Assembly (NCBI GenBank): GCA_965261395.1
Contig: OZ253462.1
Coordinates: 6,112,001 to 6,176,000 of the forward strand
Direction of reading: 5' to 3'
Source of the DNA: Candidatus Latescibacterota bacterium
GTDB lineage: Bacteria > Latescibacterota > UBA2968 > UBA8231
DNA length: 64,000 nt
Each line of letters begins with the position of its first letter. Position 1 is the first letter of the stretch. The translations under genes were made by a program, and so were the position numbers. The notes below the pieces were generated by a model. The model searched no databases, was not told the DNA's origin, and saw nothing but the letters and a program-made list of their open reading frames with translations. Below are positions 47,995 through 57,594 of the stretch, piece by piece.

Positions 47995-48806
47995 CAACGC
48001 GCCCGTTTTAGTCCGGTTTGCGTAAAATCGCGGTCGTCGAGGTCAGTCTGGAATTGAAAATCCGTCCAAGTCAGAACGGTACTTTTTCCGGTCAGATGAT
48101 TAACCATCGTCATCTCGCTAGCGCGCCAGTAACGCTCTAGGTACTGCTGGTAATTCCCCAAGGTGAGCGTCTTCAGATGGGCATCCTTGCGGTCGTAGTA
48201 CTCCACTTTCCAAACGCGCAGCTCGTCCTTGTCGCGCCAGACCACTTGGCGGCTATAGCCCGATTTCTTATCGACGGCAACGCGTTCGGAAACCGTGCAG
48301 GTCAAATCGCCGCAAGGCTCGTCGCGCAGGTAGCGGTAGGTGAATTTCTCCACGGCCGGGGCAGTCAGATCTTCATAGGCAAATTCGCTCCCCATGAAGG
48401 AGCCGGATCGATTCGACGAACTAATGCGCTTGACGCGTTTCAGAGCGGGTAGATAGAGCCATTGATCGTCCGCGCTTTCCCCATGCGAGTGAATGAGCAA
48501 CGCCGTTCCCTGGACATCGCGCGGCTCATCAAACACAAACAGACTCTTGTCACCATCTTCGGCGACTTCAAGAATTTTTACCCGGAGCTGGCGTCGGCTC
48601 TCTTGTCCGTGTTTGTTGCGCAGCACCATGATTTGCTGGGCCGTAAAGTTGCCAAAGCCTTCCTCGCGAGCGCGGGAATCTTGGGCGATTTTCAGCCCGG
48701 TTTCCTCGGGGGTGGCATTTTCGGAATGGGTGGGTGCCGCGCCAAGACAGGTCAAAATGATCAGACAACGCGCGAAAAACGACAGCATTGGTCGTGCGGG
48801 AATCAT
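47994..48806 (-). CDS. Outer-membrane lipoprotein-sorting (LolA-like) protein
   Basis: P.DV.GTALL, DDQWLYLPALKRVKRI, FMGSEFAYEDL; ATGA overlap with the MMPL stop. Confidence 0.9.
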   Translation of the reverse strand: MIPARPMLSFFARCLIILTCLGAAPTHSENATPEETGLKIAQDSRAREEGFGNFTAQQIMVLRNKHGQESRRQLRVKILEVAEDGDKSLFVFDEPRDVQGTALLIHSHGESADDQWLYLPALKRVKRISSSNRSGSFMGSEFAYEDLTAPAVEKFTYRYLRDEPCGDLTCTVSERVAVDKKSGYSRQVVWRDKDELRVWKVEYYDRKDAHLKTLTLGNYQQYLERYWRASEMTMVNHLTGKSTVLTWTDFQFQTDLDDRDFTQTGLKRAR

Positions 48807-50441
48807 GAATTTCTCCGGTCGATGGCAATCAGCAGCGTCGGAAGAAGTAAAAAGTCGGCAGCAAGCGCGAAGAGGATCGTCATCGTGACCAAAAGCCCGA
48901 GTGCCCAACTTACCTCAAATCCCGATGTGGCGAACACCAGAAAGCCTGCCGACAAAACGGCGCTCGTCGTCCATAACGCATGGCCCACAGTGCGAAAGGC
49001 GGAGCGCACGGCCTCGGGTGCTGGAAGGCCCTCGCGCCGGGCCTTCAGATATTTGCTCAGAAAATGAATCGTATCGTCCACGACAATTCCGAAGACAACG
49101 GCGATCACTACCGACGTAGCGGTCATCAAAGTACTGGGCCATGTTGTCGCTTAGCTCAATGCGGGGAATGCCGAATATTAGCACAACAACAATCAAGGTG
49201 ATGGCCCCAAGCAGGAATGTACTGCGGGCAATTACAAAGTCGGCAAAGCGGTCGAAGAAGGCCGTTCCCTCGGACTGAACAAGACGCACGCGCAATGGCA
49301 GAATCGAGAGCAATGCCGGCAGGAGCGTCATGGTATATATGAGAGCGCATAATACGCCAAACGCCACGTAGTTGCCCAAGACGTGAAACGGCGGCGAATC
49401 CGAGGCATTCAGGCTGAGGAATCCAATCGCCGTGGTGACCGAGGTGATGAATACCGGATAGGCATTGATGCGAATCGATTCGACAATCGCCGCGTTTCTA
49501 TCCAGACCACGTCTCATGCCCAGTAAAACACTCGTGACGATGTGGATTGAATCCGCGATGGCTATCACCATGACAATGATCGGCACGCCAGCGTTGGTCG
49601 GGCTGAACACCACGCCGTTCCAGCCGGCGAATCCCATAGTGGTATTGATGACAAACACGAGTACGGCGACGATGGCCACGGTGCCGAGAACCGAGCGCAG
49701 GAGAATAATTGTGACACCTATGATGATGAGAAATACAATAGGTGTCAGGGTCTCCATGTCGTTCTGGGTGGCATCGGAGAAAGTCCGGTTCATGACGACA
49801 TCGCCGGTCATGTAATAATTGATTCCCGGGTGGTCCGTGCGGGCTTGCTCCAGAAACGAATTGAGATAATCGGTAATTTCGACCACGGCCTGATCTGGGT
49901 TTTCAGGCAGGATGAAATTGATAGCCACTCCGGTCGTGCGTCCGTCGTGAGCGACCAGACGCCCGGCAATTGCAGCCGCATCCAGCGCGATCTTTTCGAT
50001 GCGCACCACATCGGCATCGCTCAGTGCATGCGCGTCCTCGACGAGCGGGGCGACAATGAGTTCATCCTCAAGGGCTTCGCTATGGGTATAGTTAGTGAGG
50101 GAGTTGACGCGACTGGAATAAGGCGTGCGCCACGCAGCTTCGGTCAATTCCTCAATCGCGCCAAGCGCCTCGCGGGTGAACACCGAACCCTCGCGCGGCG
50201 CAATAGCAATCAGGGCCGTATTGGAGACGGAGTACGTGTTCTCCAAGGCGTTGAAAGCGGCGAGTTGCGGATTGTCTGCGCTAAACAGAACGTGGTAATC
50301 GTTGGTAACGGTGATGAAGCGAACACCAGCCGTCATAGCCAGCATGACCAGCGTTGCGAGCGCAACGACCAGCCAGCGACGGCGCAAAATGGCGGCGATG
50401 TAGCGTTCCAAGCGCAAAAGAGTCGCCCCCTCGACCGTCAC
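48803..50441 (-). pseudogene. MMPL/RND family transporter with an internal deletion and frame change
   Basis: N-half (IAIADSIH, TSVTTAIGF) jumps at FDDRY (~49115) to the last TMs (GIVVDDTIH, LSAGF, LLLP) in another frame; the second periplasmic domain is missing. Confidence 0.85.
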
Positions 50442-50584
50442 CGGCTAGGTGCGGTGATGAGGTTATCGACTCGAATGCGCGGTGCTACCGATTCCGTCAA
50501 CAGCAGATAACTTCGTTCCACCTGGACGGTTCCCTCGCTTCCTGTTAGCGGACGGAGGTGGTCACACCACGGCGCGAGCATCGC

Positions 50585-51589
50585 TTACCAAGGGCTGGAT
50601 TCTGATGTATGGACGTGGTCGGGCATCTTGTAACTCACTCCATCCTCGTCGTACACCGAGATTTCGATAAGCTGAGAAAAATTTTCTGACCTGACCACCT
50701 GTTTGGCCTTCAGAAGTCTCAGGAAGCGTTGTTTCCATCGGTAACTAAACAGTGTTCCCGCAGCAAAGGACTTTGGAAACTCGAACTGGTCAGCGAGTTC
50801 GTTTCCTATGAGGGCGCGCGAAAGGCGGTAGGCCAGAGTTGTCAATTTTTTCTGTTCAACAGGATCTGTTACATCCGCAACTGTCGGAATGGCCTGGATC
50901 AACATATTCGCCACGGTTACCGATTCGGGCGACGGCGGCGGCTCGCACATATAGGCGATCTTGTAAATTTTTTCCGCATCCTCTGCGTTGGTATAGAGGA
51001 TGGTCTCAGGTATCCCCATGAGATAGTCGCTGTAGCGCCAAATACTGAGAACACTCGCTTTTTCTTCCTCGTTGAAATTCGCGCCCACCAACATCGAGTA
51101 GTTCAACAGGCGCTTGGAGAAGACGGAGATGGCAAAACCAAGGTGCGCCGAGCTTATCGGTATGCCCCAAGCATCGTGATCCCAATCGTCGGATTTCGCC
51201 AGCAGGGTCCTTATTTGACTATGAACGAAGCGAATGCGCGTGGATAGCCTGTACCCATCGCCATCTCTCCGCAAGCCGCCGGGGTAAAAAATATCCATCA
51301 TGTGGCGGTTATTCTGCTGGAGGCGCCTTTTGGTTGACGCTACCCGCCCGGTAATATTGAACGACTTGGCGATAAGCGTCGAAAAACCTTCCACCAGCAC
51401 CCCCGTAACGAATGCGACGAGCATGAGGTCTACGTTTGCGTGGAAGGCGCGTCTCCCCGGACGAAAGGCTTCGTAGTCGAGCCAAGGAGGCTCTGCAAGA
51501 TTTTTGAAGAAATCGCGCAGGGCCTGCGGCGCCTGGCGCAGAACCTCATCCTGTTGCTCTATGCCAGCCTGGATGAAATAGATTGTCAA
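50585..51589 (-). pseudogene. MpaB/Lcp-like heme oxygenase domain protein (DUF2236), probably 5'-truncated
   Basis: RIRFVHSQIR, W...WGIPI, WRY..YLMGI; starts at a TTG 11 nt after the upstream stop, with no room for a promoter. Confidence 0.7.
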
Positions 51590-51600
51590 TTATTCTACTC

Positions 51601-52878
51601 TCACACGAACTTCGGCCGGCCACAGCCGTCGTTGACCACGTAGCTGCGCGCTGGAATCGCCGCTTGATCGGGAATGACTAGATCGAGCGGCGAATCATTC
51701 TCAATGACGGTGCCAGCCCCCACGCGCACCCCGGCCCCCAATTTAATCGCTCCGGGCCGCACAGGACCCGCTATGATCGTGCCGATAGATACCGACACGC
51801 CGATTCGGCAATCCGGGCCGATCGCGACGATGCCGTTGATTTCGGAGTTGGCCCCAATCACCGTGCGGTCGCCCACCGGCACGGGGCCGAAAATCCCGGC
51901 ATCCGTGCCGATAAACACGTAGTCGCCAATGGTGGGATGGCGCTGCTGCACCTTGCCGCTGAGGCCGCCCAAAGTACACGGGTACATGTGGCACCCGCTG
52001 CCGATGATACCCGTCTGTCCAGTGGTTATGCCGCGATGGGGATGGTCGAGGAAGTTGGCATCACCAATCTGCGTTTCGGGATGGATATCCGCCTGGTAGT
52101 AGCGCCCCCCCAACTCGGCAATGGCTCGCGGCAGCAAGGGCACCGGCCGCCGCGTCAGCTCGGATTCGCCCGCCACCGAGCCAGCGCGCGTTAGGGCGTG
52201 GGCAATGTCGTGGTAGAATAGCACCCGCCAGCCCGGATAGGTGCTCATCACAAGCTGCATCTGGTAGTCGAAAATGAAGTCGCACTCCAGCGCGGCGAGA
52301 AAGCGGCGATAGTGATCGAAGTCGCGGCGGTGAATGGTCTCGTCCAAGGCGGCCCGGAAGTCGATCTTGAGCAGCCGTTCCTGAGTTAACCCGCAATTGT
52401 CGAGCAAATAGGCGTCCCAAACGGCCGGATCCCTAAGCGCGGCAAAGCGATTCCAGCGGGCACGCACCTTGTAGTCGGGCAGTTCCCACAGCAAGCAGAA
52501 GGTGCTCATCAGGGCCTTCTCTTCAGCACCTTCGCTCTCGCCGGCCGCCGAAAGCGACTGCGCGATCATCGCGTAGAGCTGGTCGGCGATCTCGCCGATG
52601 GCCTCGTCGAGCGACGGGTTTTGGTGCCCCGGCCCCAAGGCATTGTGCGAGCCAGGGGCGACGCATTCGAGCAAGTTGCCCAAAACCGTCTCCAGCAGGT
52701 CGCGGTCGACAAAACCGCGCCCGGAGCGCTGCGAGAGAATGTCCCGGTCCACCGCGTCGATGCGCAGCGCGGCAACCTCCTCCAAGGTGTAGATCGGCAC
52801 CAGCCGCTCTAGCAGCCGCTCTAGCAAGGCCCACTTGCGGCGTTGATACGCAGTGTCGAAAAGCGTGGAATTGCTCAT
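51601..52878 (-). CDS. Serine O-acetyltransferase-like hexapeptide-repeat protein with a long N-terminal extension
   Basis: YPG, DIHP...IG...LDH, TLGG, RHPTIGD.V.IG; ATG 52878 after GGGGAG. Confidence 0.75.
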   Translation of the reverse strand: MSNSTLFDTAYQRRKWALLERLLERLVPIYTLEEVAALRIDAVDRDILSQRSGRGFVDRDLLETVLGNLLECVAPGSHNALGPGHQNPSLDEAIGEIADQLYAMIAQSLSAAGESEGAEEKALMSTFCLLWELPDYKVRARWNRFAALRDPAVWDAYLLDNCGLTQERLLKIDFRAALDETIHRRDFDHYRRFLAALECDFIFDYQMQLVMSTYPGWRVLFYHDIAHALTRAGSVAGESELTRRPVPLLPRAIAELGGRYYQADIHPETQIGDANFLDHPHRGITTGQTGIIGSGCHMYPCTLGGLSGKVQQRHPTIGDYVFIGTDAGIFGPVPVGDRTVIGANSEINGIVAIGPDCRIGVSVSIGTIIAGPVRPGAIKLGAGVRVGAGTVIENDSPLDLVIPDQAAIPARSYVVNDGCGRPKFV

Positions 52879-52971
52879 AGTTTGCTCCCCATTTTGCCTC
52901 CTCATAATTTTTAACGAAACTTACGGAACACACGCCGGGTTGCAACCCGACTTACCCCATAGGGAGAAACC

Positions 52972-53757
52972 ATGCATCCATTTGAATCACTGGTAGTACG
53001 CGAAGGCACCGTTGGCATCCACTGGTTTGGCCAGAGCACGTTTGGCCTCAAGGACGCGCAGGGGACCATCGTCCAAGTCGATCCCTACTACCCCCACGAG
53101 CGGCCGGCCGACCGCTTCATCCACGCCCGCCCCCCGCTTCACGAGGCGTCGCTACACACGGATTTCGTACTCCTGACCCACGACCACGGCGACCACACGT
53201 GCGTCGAGTCCATTGCGCGCATTGCCGCTGCCTATCCAGCCGTGCAGATCGTCGGCCCGGCGGAGAGCATCCAGCGCATCCGCAGCGCGGGCATTACGGC
53301 CGCCGCAACCACAGTTGCCGCTGGTGACGCAGCCAAATTGGGCACCATGGCGGCCCACGTGGTGTACGCCAAGCCTCCGGAGGGCCTGCCCAGCGACGAC
53401 ATCGCTCCGCCCGATGTGACCCACCTCGGCTACGTGGTGGAGGCCGGTGGTGTGCGCGTGTACATCTCCGGCGACCCGGTCAATACGTTTGCCGAGCACG
53501 AAGCATTACTCGCACCCATCCGCGACCTCAAACCCGACATCGGGCTGCTGACCAATCACCCCAGCGAAGGCGAATTCCCCTTCTTTGCTGGCTCGTCCAA
53601 GATGGCCTCGGCGCTCGGCCTCAAGGCCGCCGTACCGGCCCATTACGCCTGCTTTGTCACCCGAAATTATGATCCCCAAGAATGGGCGGCCACGCTCGCC
53701 GGGGTCGAGCCGCTGATCATCCCATACAATCAATCCGCCATCTATTCGGCCCGCTAG
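52972..53757 (+). CDS. MBL-fold metallo-hydrolase (UlaG-like)
   Basis: WFGQS, DPY, THDHGDH, YISGD, VPAHY. Confidence 0.9.
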   Translation: MHPFESLVVREGTVGIHWFGQSTFGLKDAQGTIVQVDPYYPHERPADRFIHARPPLHEASLHTDFVLLTHDHGDHTCVESIARIAAAYPAVQIVGPAESIQRIRSAGITAAATTVAAGDAAKLGTMAAHVVYAKPPEGLPSDDIAPPDVTHLGYVVEAGGVRVYISGDPVNTFAEHEALLAPIRDLKPDIGLLTNHPSEGEFPFFAGSSKMASALGLKAAVPAHYACFVTRNYDPQEWAATLAGVEPLIIPYNQSAIYSAR

Positions 53758-53776
53758 CGCACCGGGGGTGGGCATG

Positions 53777-53805
53777 TTGATTTTATCACCCTCGTTTATT
53801 ATTAT
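53777..53805 (+). promoter_or_regulatory. Putative sigma70 promoter of the envelope operon
   Basis: TTGATT-17 nt-TATTAT, followed by AAGGAG and ATG 53868. Confidence 0.6.
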
Positions 53806-53867
53806 GGCACTTCAATCAACGCGCCGGAGATTCCCGGTGTTCACTTCAAACGCAAGGAGTTAAGAAC

Positions 53868-54815
53868 ATGCGGCGATTCACAATCGCAAGCATTTTCAGC
53901 CTCGCCCTCGTAAGCGCGGCAAATGCTCAGTTTTTCGATCCGCCCGCCCTAGAGGACCGCAATGGCGGTCAGGGATTTTGGTTTTACATGCTCGAAGTCC
54001 CCGATCCCAGTGCTATCACCGTCGACGGGCATAGCGACGACTGGAGTTGGTTCGACCCTGAGTACACCTTGACCATGGACGAGTGGCGCGACGAAGGCGA
54101 CCGGGCGGCCCCAGACCGCGACGACCTGTTCATCACCACCTTCATGGGTTGGAAGGGCGGCGACGACAACCGCTGGTACTGCTTCTTGGAAGCGGTTGAC
54201 GACGTGCTGGCGCACGCTGGCACCAACGTCGCTCGCTGGGACGGCGACATGCTACAGGTCGGCCTCGATCCGCAGGATCACGGACGCGAGCGCAGCCCGG
54301 CTTCGGGTTACACCATGGAGTGGCTGATGGCACCCGGCGACCTCAGTCCGCCGACCAACGTCGCTTTCCGCTACACCGAGCAAGAGGCGTGGGCCGAGTA
54401 CGGCGAATCGCCGTGGATCGAAATGGCCGTGCGCGTCGATCCGCCCGAAGCTTGGGCCGCCGACCTGTGGGCCGAGGGTGGCACCACGTACTACGAGTGG
54501 AGCGTCAAGGTCCTCGCCTTCCAAGAGGACACCGGCCCGTCAGCGAGCGAGGAATGGCAGCTAGACACAGTGGCCGGTGAAGACGGCGCGGGCATGCCTT
54601 TCGCCTTTTGGTACGAAGACGGCGAAGGCCCGGATTCGAGCTTCTCGCCCAGCGAAGACGGCACCCCGGGCGGCCGCAACGACTGGACCACCCGCGGCCC
54701 CGAAGCCTCGGCGCGGCAGTACTACTCCATTGCCAAGCTGCTGCGCGTCGGCGAGTACGCCGCCGCCACAGCAGTCGAGTCATCGACTTGGGGCAAGATC
54801 AAAGACTCGTTCTAA
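53868..54815 (+). CDS. Secreted CBM9/DOMON-like protein with C-terminal TAVE..TWGxIK motif
   Basis: Signal peptide (AANA-Q), ITVDGHSDDW, MGW...RWY; ends TAVESSTWGKIKDSF; same architecture as 9884-10801. Confidence 0.8.
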   Translation: MRRFTIASIFSLALVSAANAQFFDPPALEDRNGGQGFWFYMLEVPDPSAITVDGHSDDWSWFDPEYTLTMDEWRDEGDRAAPDRDDLFITTFMGWKGGDDNRWYCFLEAVDDVLAHAGTNVARWDGDMLQVGLDPQDHGRERSPASGYTMEWLMAPGDLSPPTNVAFRYTEQEAWAEYGESPWIEMAVRVDPPEAWAADLWAEGGTTYYEWSVKVLAFQEDTGPSASEEWQLDTVAGEDGAGMPFAFWYEDGEGPDSSFSPSEDGTPGGRNDWTTRGPEASARQYYSIAKLLRVGEYAAATAVESSTWGKIKDSF

Positions 54816-54821
54816 ACGCAA

Positions 54822-54878
54822 GGCGACCGACCGGTCGTAATCGTAGGGGCGACCGGTCGGTCGCCCCTACGTTATTTT
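54822..54878 (+). terminator. GTAG-type REP-like hairpin / terminator
   Basis: CGTAGGGGCGACC-GGTC-GGTCGCCCCTACG (54842-54871) followed by TTATTTT; an inverted partial copy lies at 54822-54837. Confidence 0.65.
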
Positions 54879-54892
54879 TAGGGGGTTGCACC

Positions 54893-55606
54893 GTGTACAA
54901 ACGGCTCTGGGCTTGGTTCGTACTGCTGATCCTGCTGCTGGGGGCTTGCGGTCGCTACTTTCACACGCCGCTCCAGCCTGCCAGCCGCCAAGCCGAGGGC
55001 ATGACCGTCAACGACGACGGCTCCATCACCTACGCCCTCGACCGCCTGTCGATCAACCTCAAGCCCATGACGGACGAGGAATTAAACCGCCTCGCTCCCG
55101 GGCGAGATCTGTCCAACAATCCCTATACCTTTGGCGAATGGACTGCCGCGGGCGACGAGTGGACGCCGCCGCGGTTTACCATTTTTCGGCTCAAGGTCAG
55201 CAACTATCAATATCCCAAGGTCAAACTCGACCCGCTCAACGCGCGCATTACCACGGCCAACACCCGGCAGTACGAGGTGCTGAGCTACGCCGAATTATAC
55301 CAGTATTTTCGCTCGTATTGGCTGGGGCGCACGGGCCAAGGGCGCAAGACCTTTCAAGCTCGCACGGACGCACTCAAGCGGACGCTGTACAGCGGGGCCT
55401 TGGTCTTCAGCGGCAGCGAAGAACAGGGGTATCTGGTCTTTCCCCTCCTCGACGACGATGTCCGGGCGATCCAAGTATACATAGAAAACATTGTCTTGCG
55501 CTTCGACTATGCAGACGCCCCCGTAGAGGCGATTGACCTGAGCTTCTCCTTCCAGCGCAACATCCTGCAAGGGTATGACCCCTCGGCCGCGGTGCGGCTC
55601 AACTGA
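54893..55606 (+). CDS. Uncharacterised lipoprotein (237 aa)
   Basis: GTG 54893: VYKRLWAWFVLLILLLGA-C lipobox; GYLVFP; TGATG overlap with the next gene. Confidence 0.85.
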   Translation: MYKRLWAWFVLLILLLGACGRYFHTPLQPASRQAEGMTVNDDGSITYALDRLSINLKPMTDEELNRLAPGRDLSNNPYTFGEWTAAGDEWTPPRFTIFRLKVSNYQYPKVKLDPLNARITTANTRQYEVLSYAELYQYFRSYWLGRTGQGRKTFQARTDALKRTLYSGALVFSGSEEQGYLVFPLLDDDVRAIQVYIENIVLRFDYADAPVEAIDLSFSFQRNILQGYDPSAAVRLN

Positions 55607-57594
55607 TGACCGCCCGCGCGCCCAGATCCCTCGTCGGCACCCTCCTAGTGGTGCTTGGAGGACTAGCGCCAAGCGATGCCCAAGTCGAGGTGTGGCACAT
55701 CGGCAAGGGGGGGCTTTCGTGGGTTTCCCAGGCCGAGACGCAAATCGGCGCGCTGGACGTCGATGGTGCCCTACAGCCCTTGCAGCTACAGGCCGGGGAA
55801 AACCTCATTGAGCTGCTCCGCGCTTCAGGGCAACGCTTTCTCAACGGCCAACCCCGCGACTTCATCCTCGGCGGCCAGCCGCGCGCGTGGTCCAACGACG
55901 GCTTCTTCAACCAACTCGCCGGCCCCCTCGACCTGATCGATGGCGATCCGGCGACCTCCTCGTCGGGCGTGTTCAAGACCGCGCAGAGCCAAGCCGGGGC
56001 GACGTTCTTCTGGGATTTGGGCGCGCCCTTCCCAGTCAACCGCATTCGCTTCTTTCCCGCTCCCGACGATGACGCCTTTGTCAAAGCCTTTGAACTGCGG
56101 GTCAACGACGGCGAAAACTTCAACGACATCAACCGGCCGCAATACGAACTCTTGCGGCGGGTAGAAGTCAACCGCGAATCCACAGTAGACATCGAATTTG
56201 CCCCCTTGCAAGGCCGCTTCCTCCAGTTACGCGTGCTGTCGAAGACGGTGTTCAACATCGCGGAGTTTGAAATCTACGGGCAGGGCTTTGTGCCGGTCGC
56301 CAGCTACGAGTCGGCTCTGCATTCCTTTGGCGGACCGGTCAACTACGGCCGCTTGCGCGTACACACCACGCACCTCGGCGCAACCGCGGCCGCGACCGCA
56401 GCCATCCAGATGCGGACCGGAGCCGACGACAGCCCGCTGGCGTACTTTCGTCGCGACCGCGACACCGGTCGCCAGCAGGAGGTGCCGGCAGCCGAATACA
56501 ACACCAGCCTACCGAGGCGCGCCCTGTTCCGCCAAGACGCGGTCACCGGCGAGCTATTAGAGGAACTGGACCGAGCCAGCTATCTCAATCTGCCAATCGA
56601 AGAGCAAGGACCGGTGCGCGATTTTGCCAAGGGCGACATCCGCGACGACGTGGTCAACTGGAGCGCGTGGTCGCCGAGCACGCAGGTCGCCGGCACGGGC
56701 ATAGTCGAGGTGCCCATCGGGCTGCCCAGCCCGCGGGAATTCATGCAGTTCCGCATCCTCTTCGACGGCGACGCGGAAAACGCCGTGCGCATCGACACCT
56801 TTCAGGTGGAGTTTTCGCCCGGGCTAGTCAGCGCGGCCGTCGGCGAGGTGGCCCTCGCCAGCGATCCCTTTCCCGCCAGCGGCCTGCTCGAAGTCGCAGG
56901 GGGTATCGACACGACCTTTACCTACGACATCCGCACCGAATTCGCCGCCGGCGTGGCCGGGTATCGCGGCGTCCGCATCGAGGCATTTCCACCGCCAATA
57001 TTCGAGAGCCTGCAAATGGGCGATCCCCTCGCGGCCGTAGAAGACTTTGAATGGACGGCGACCGAGAGCGGCTTCGACATTCTCTTCGCGCCCATCGCCG
57101 CCGACAACAACCAGCCCCTGCGGCTCACCTTCCGCCTGCGGCTGCTGGTGCACAATACCCCGATCAATGCCTATCTCTTGGGCGCAGGGAGCGTCCCGCC
57201 GCATCCCATCGCCCCGGGCAATGCCAGCGAATTAGTGGGCACGAACGCGACCAACGCCTTTGTCACTCAAGCGCAGCCCGAGCTGCAACTAGCACTTTCA
57301 ACGGCCATCATCTCGCCCAATGGGGACGGCCGCAATGATGCCGTCGCCATTGACCTCGTGTTGTCCCAGTTTGCCGCGGATACGGCAGTCGCCGTCGAGA
57401 TCTTCGACCTTAGCGGACGCCGGGTGCGGCAGCTAGTCTCCCAGCCGCGGGCCGCCGGTTTTTACTCCGAAATCTGGGATGGTCGCGACGAACAAGGCGG
57501 TTTGGTCGCACCGGGCTTGTACCTCTGCCGCGTCGGCGTGGACGCCGACTTCGACGTGTTTGCCGCAGTAGAGCCGATAGGGGTGGCCTATTGA
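55606..57594 (+). CDS. Secreted discoidin-like protein with C-terminal FlgD-Ig / T9SS type-B-like domain
   Basis: Signal peptide; DLGAPFPVNRIRFFP, IAEFEIYG, RTG.D, NWSAWS, PSPREF, SPNGDGRND, WDGRD, PIGVAY. Confidence 0.88.
   Translation: MTARAPRSLVGTLLVVLGGLAPSDAQVEVWHIGKGGLSWVSQAETQIGALDVDGALQPLQLQAGENLIELLRASGQRFLNGQPRDFILGGQPRAWSNDGFFNQLAGPLDLIDGDPATSSSGVFKTAQSQAGATFFWDLGAPFPVNRIRFFPAPDDDAFVKAFELRVNDGENFNDINRPQYELLRRVEVNRESTVDIEFAPLQGRFLQLRVLSKTVFNIAEFEIYGQGFVPVASYESALHSFGGPVNYGRLRVHTTHLGATAAATAAIQMRTGADDSPLAYFRRDRDTGRQQEVPAAEYNTSLPRRALFRQDAVTGELLEELDRASYLNLPIEEQGPVRDFAKGDIRDDVVNWSAWSPSTQVAGTGIVEVPIGLPSPREFMQFRILFDGDAENAVRIDTFQVEFSPGLVSAAVGEVALASDPFPASGLLEVAGGIDTTFTYDIRTEFAAGVAGYRGVRIEAFPPPIFESLQMGDPLAAVEDFEWTATESGFDILFAPIAADNNQPLRLTFRLRLLVHNTPINAYLLGAGSVPPHPIAPGNASELVGTNATNAFVTQAQPELQLALSTAIISPNGDGRNDAVAIDLVLSQFAADTAVAVEIFDLSGRRVRQLVSQPRAAGFYSEIWDGRDEQGGLVAPGLYLCRVGVDADFDVFAAVEPIGVAY

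Noticed and set aside
52801-52826. 12-bp tandem repeat CAGCCGCTCTAG x2
   Set aside because: Short in-frame duplication (LLERLLER) with no further copies
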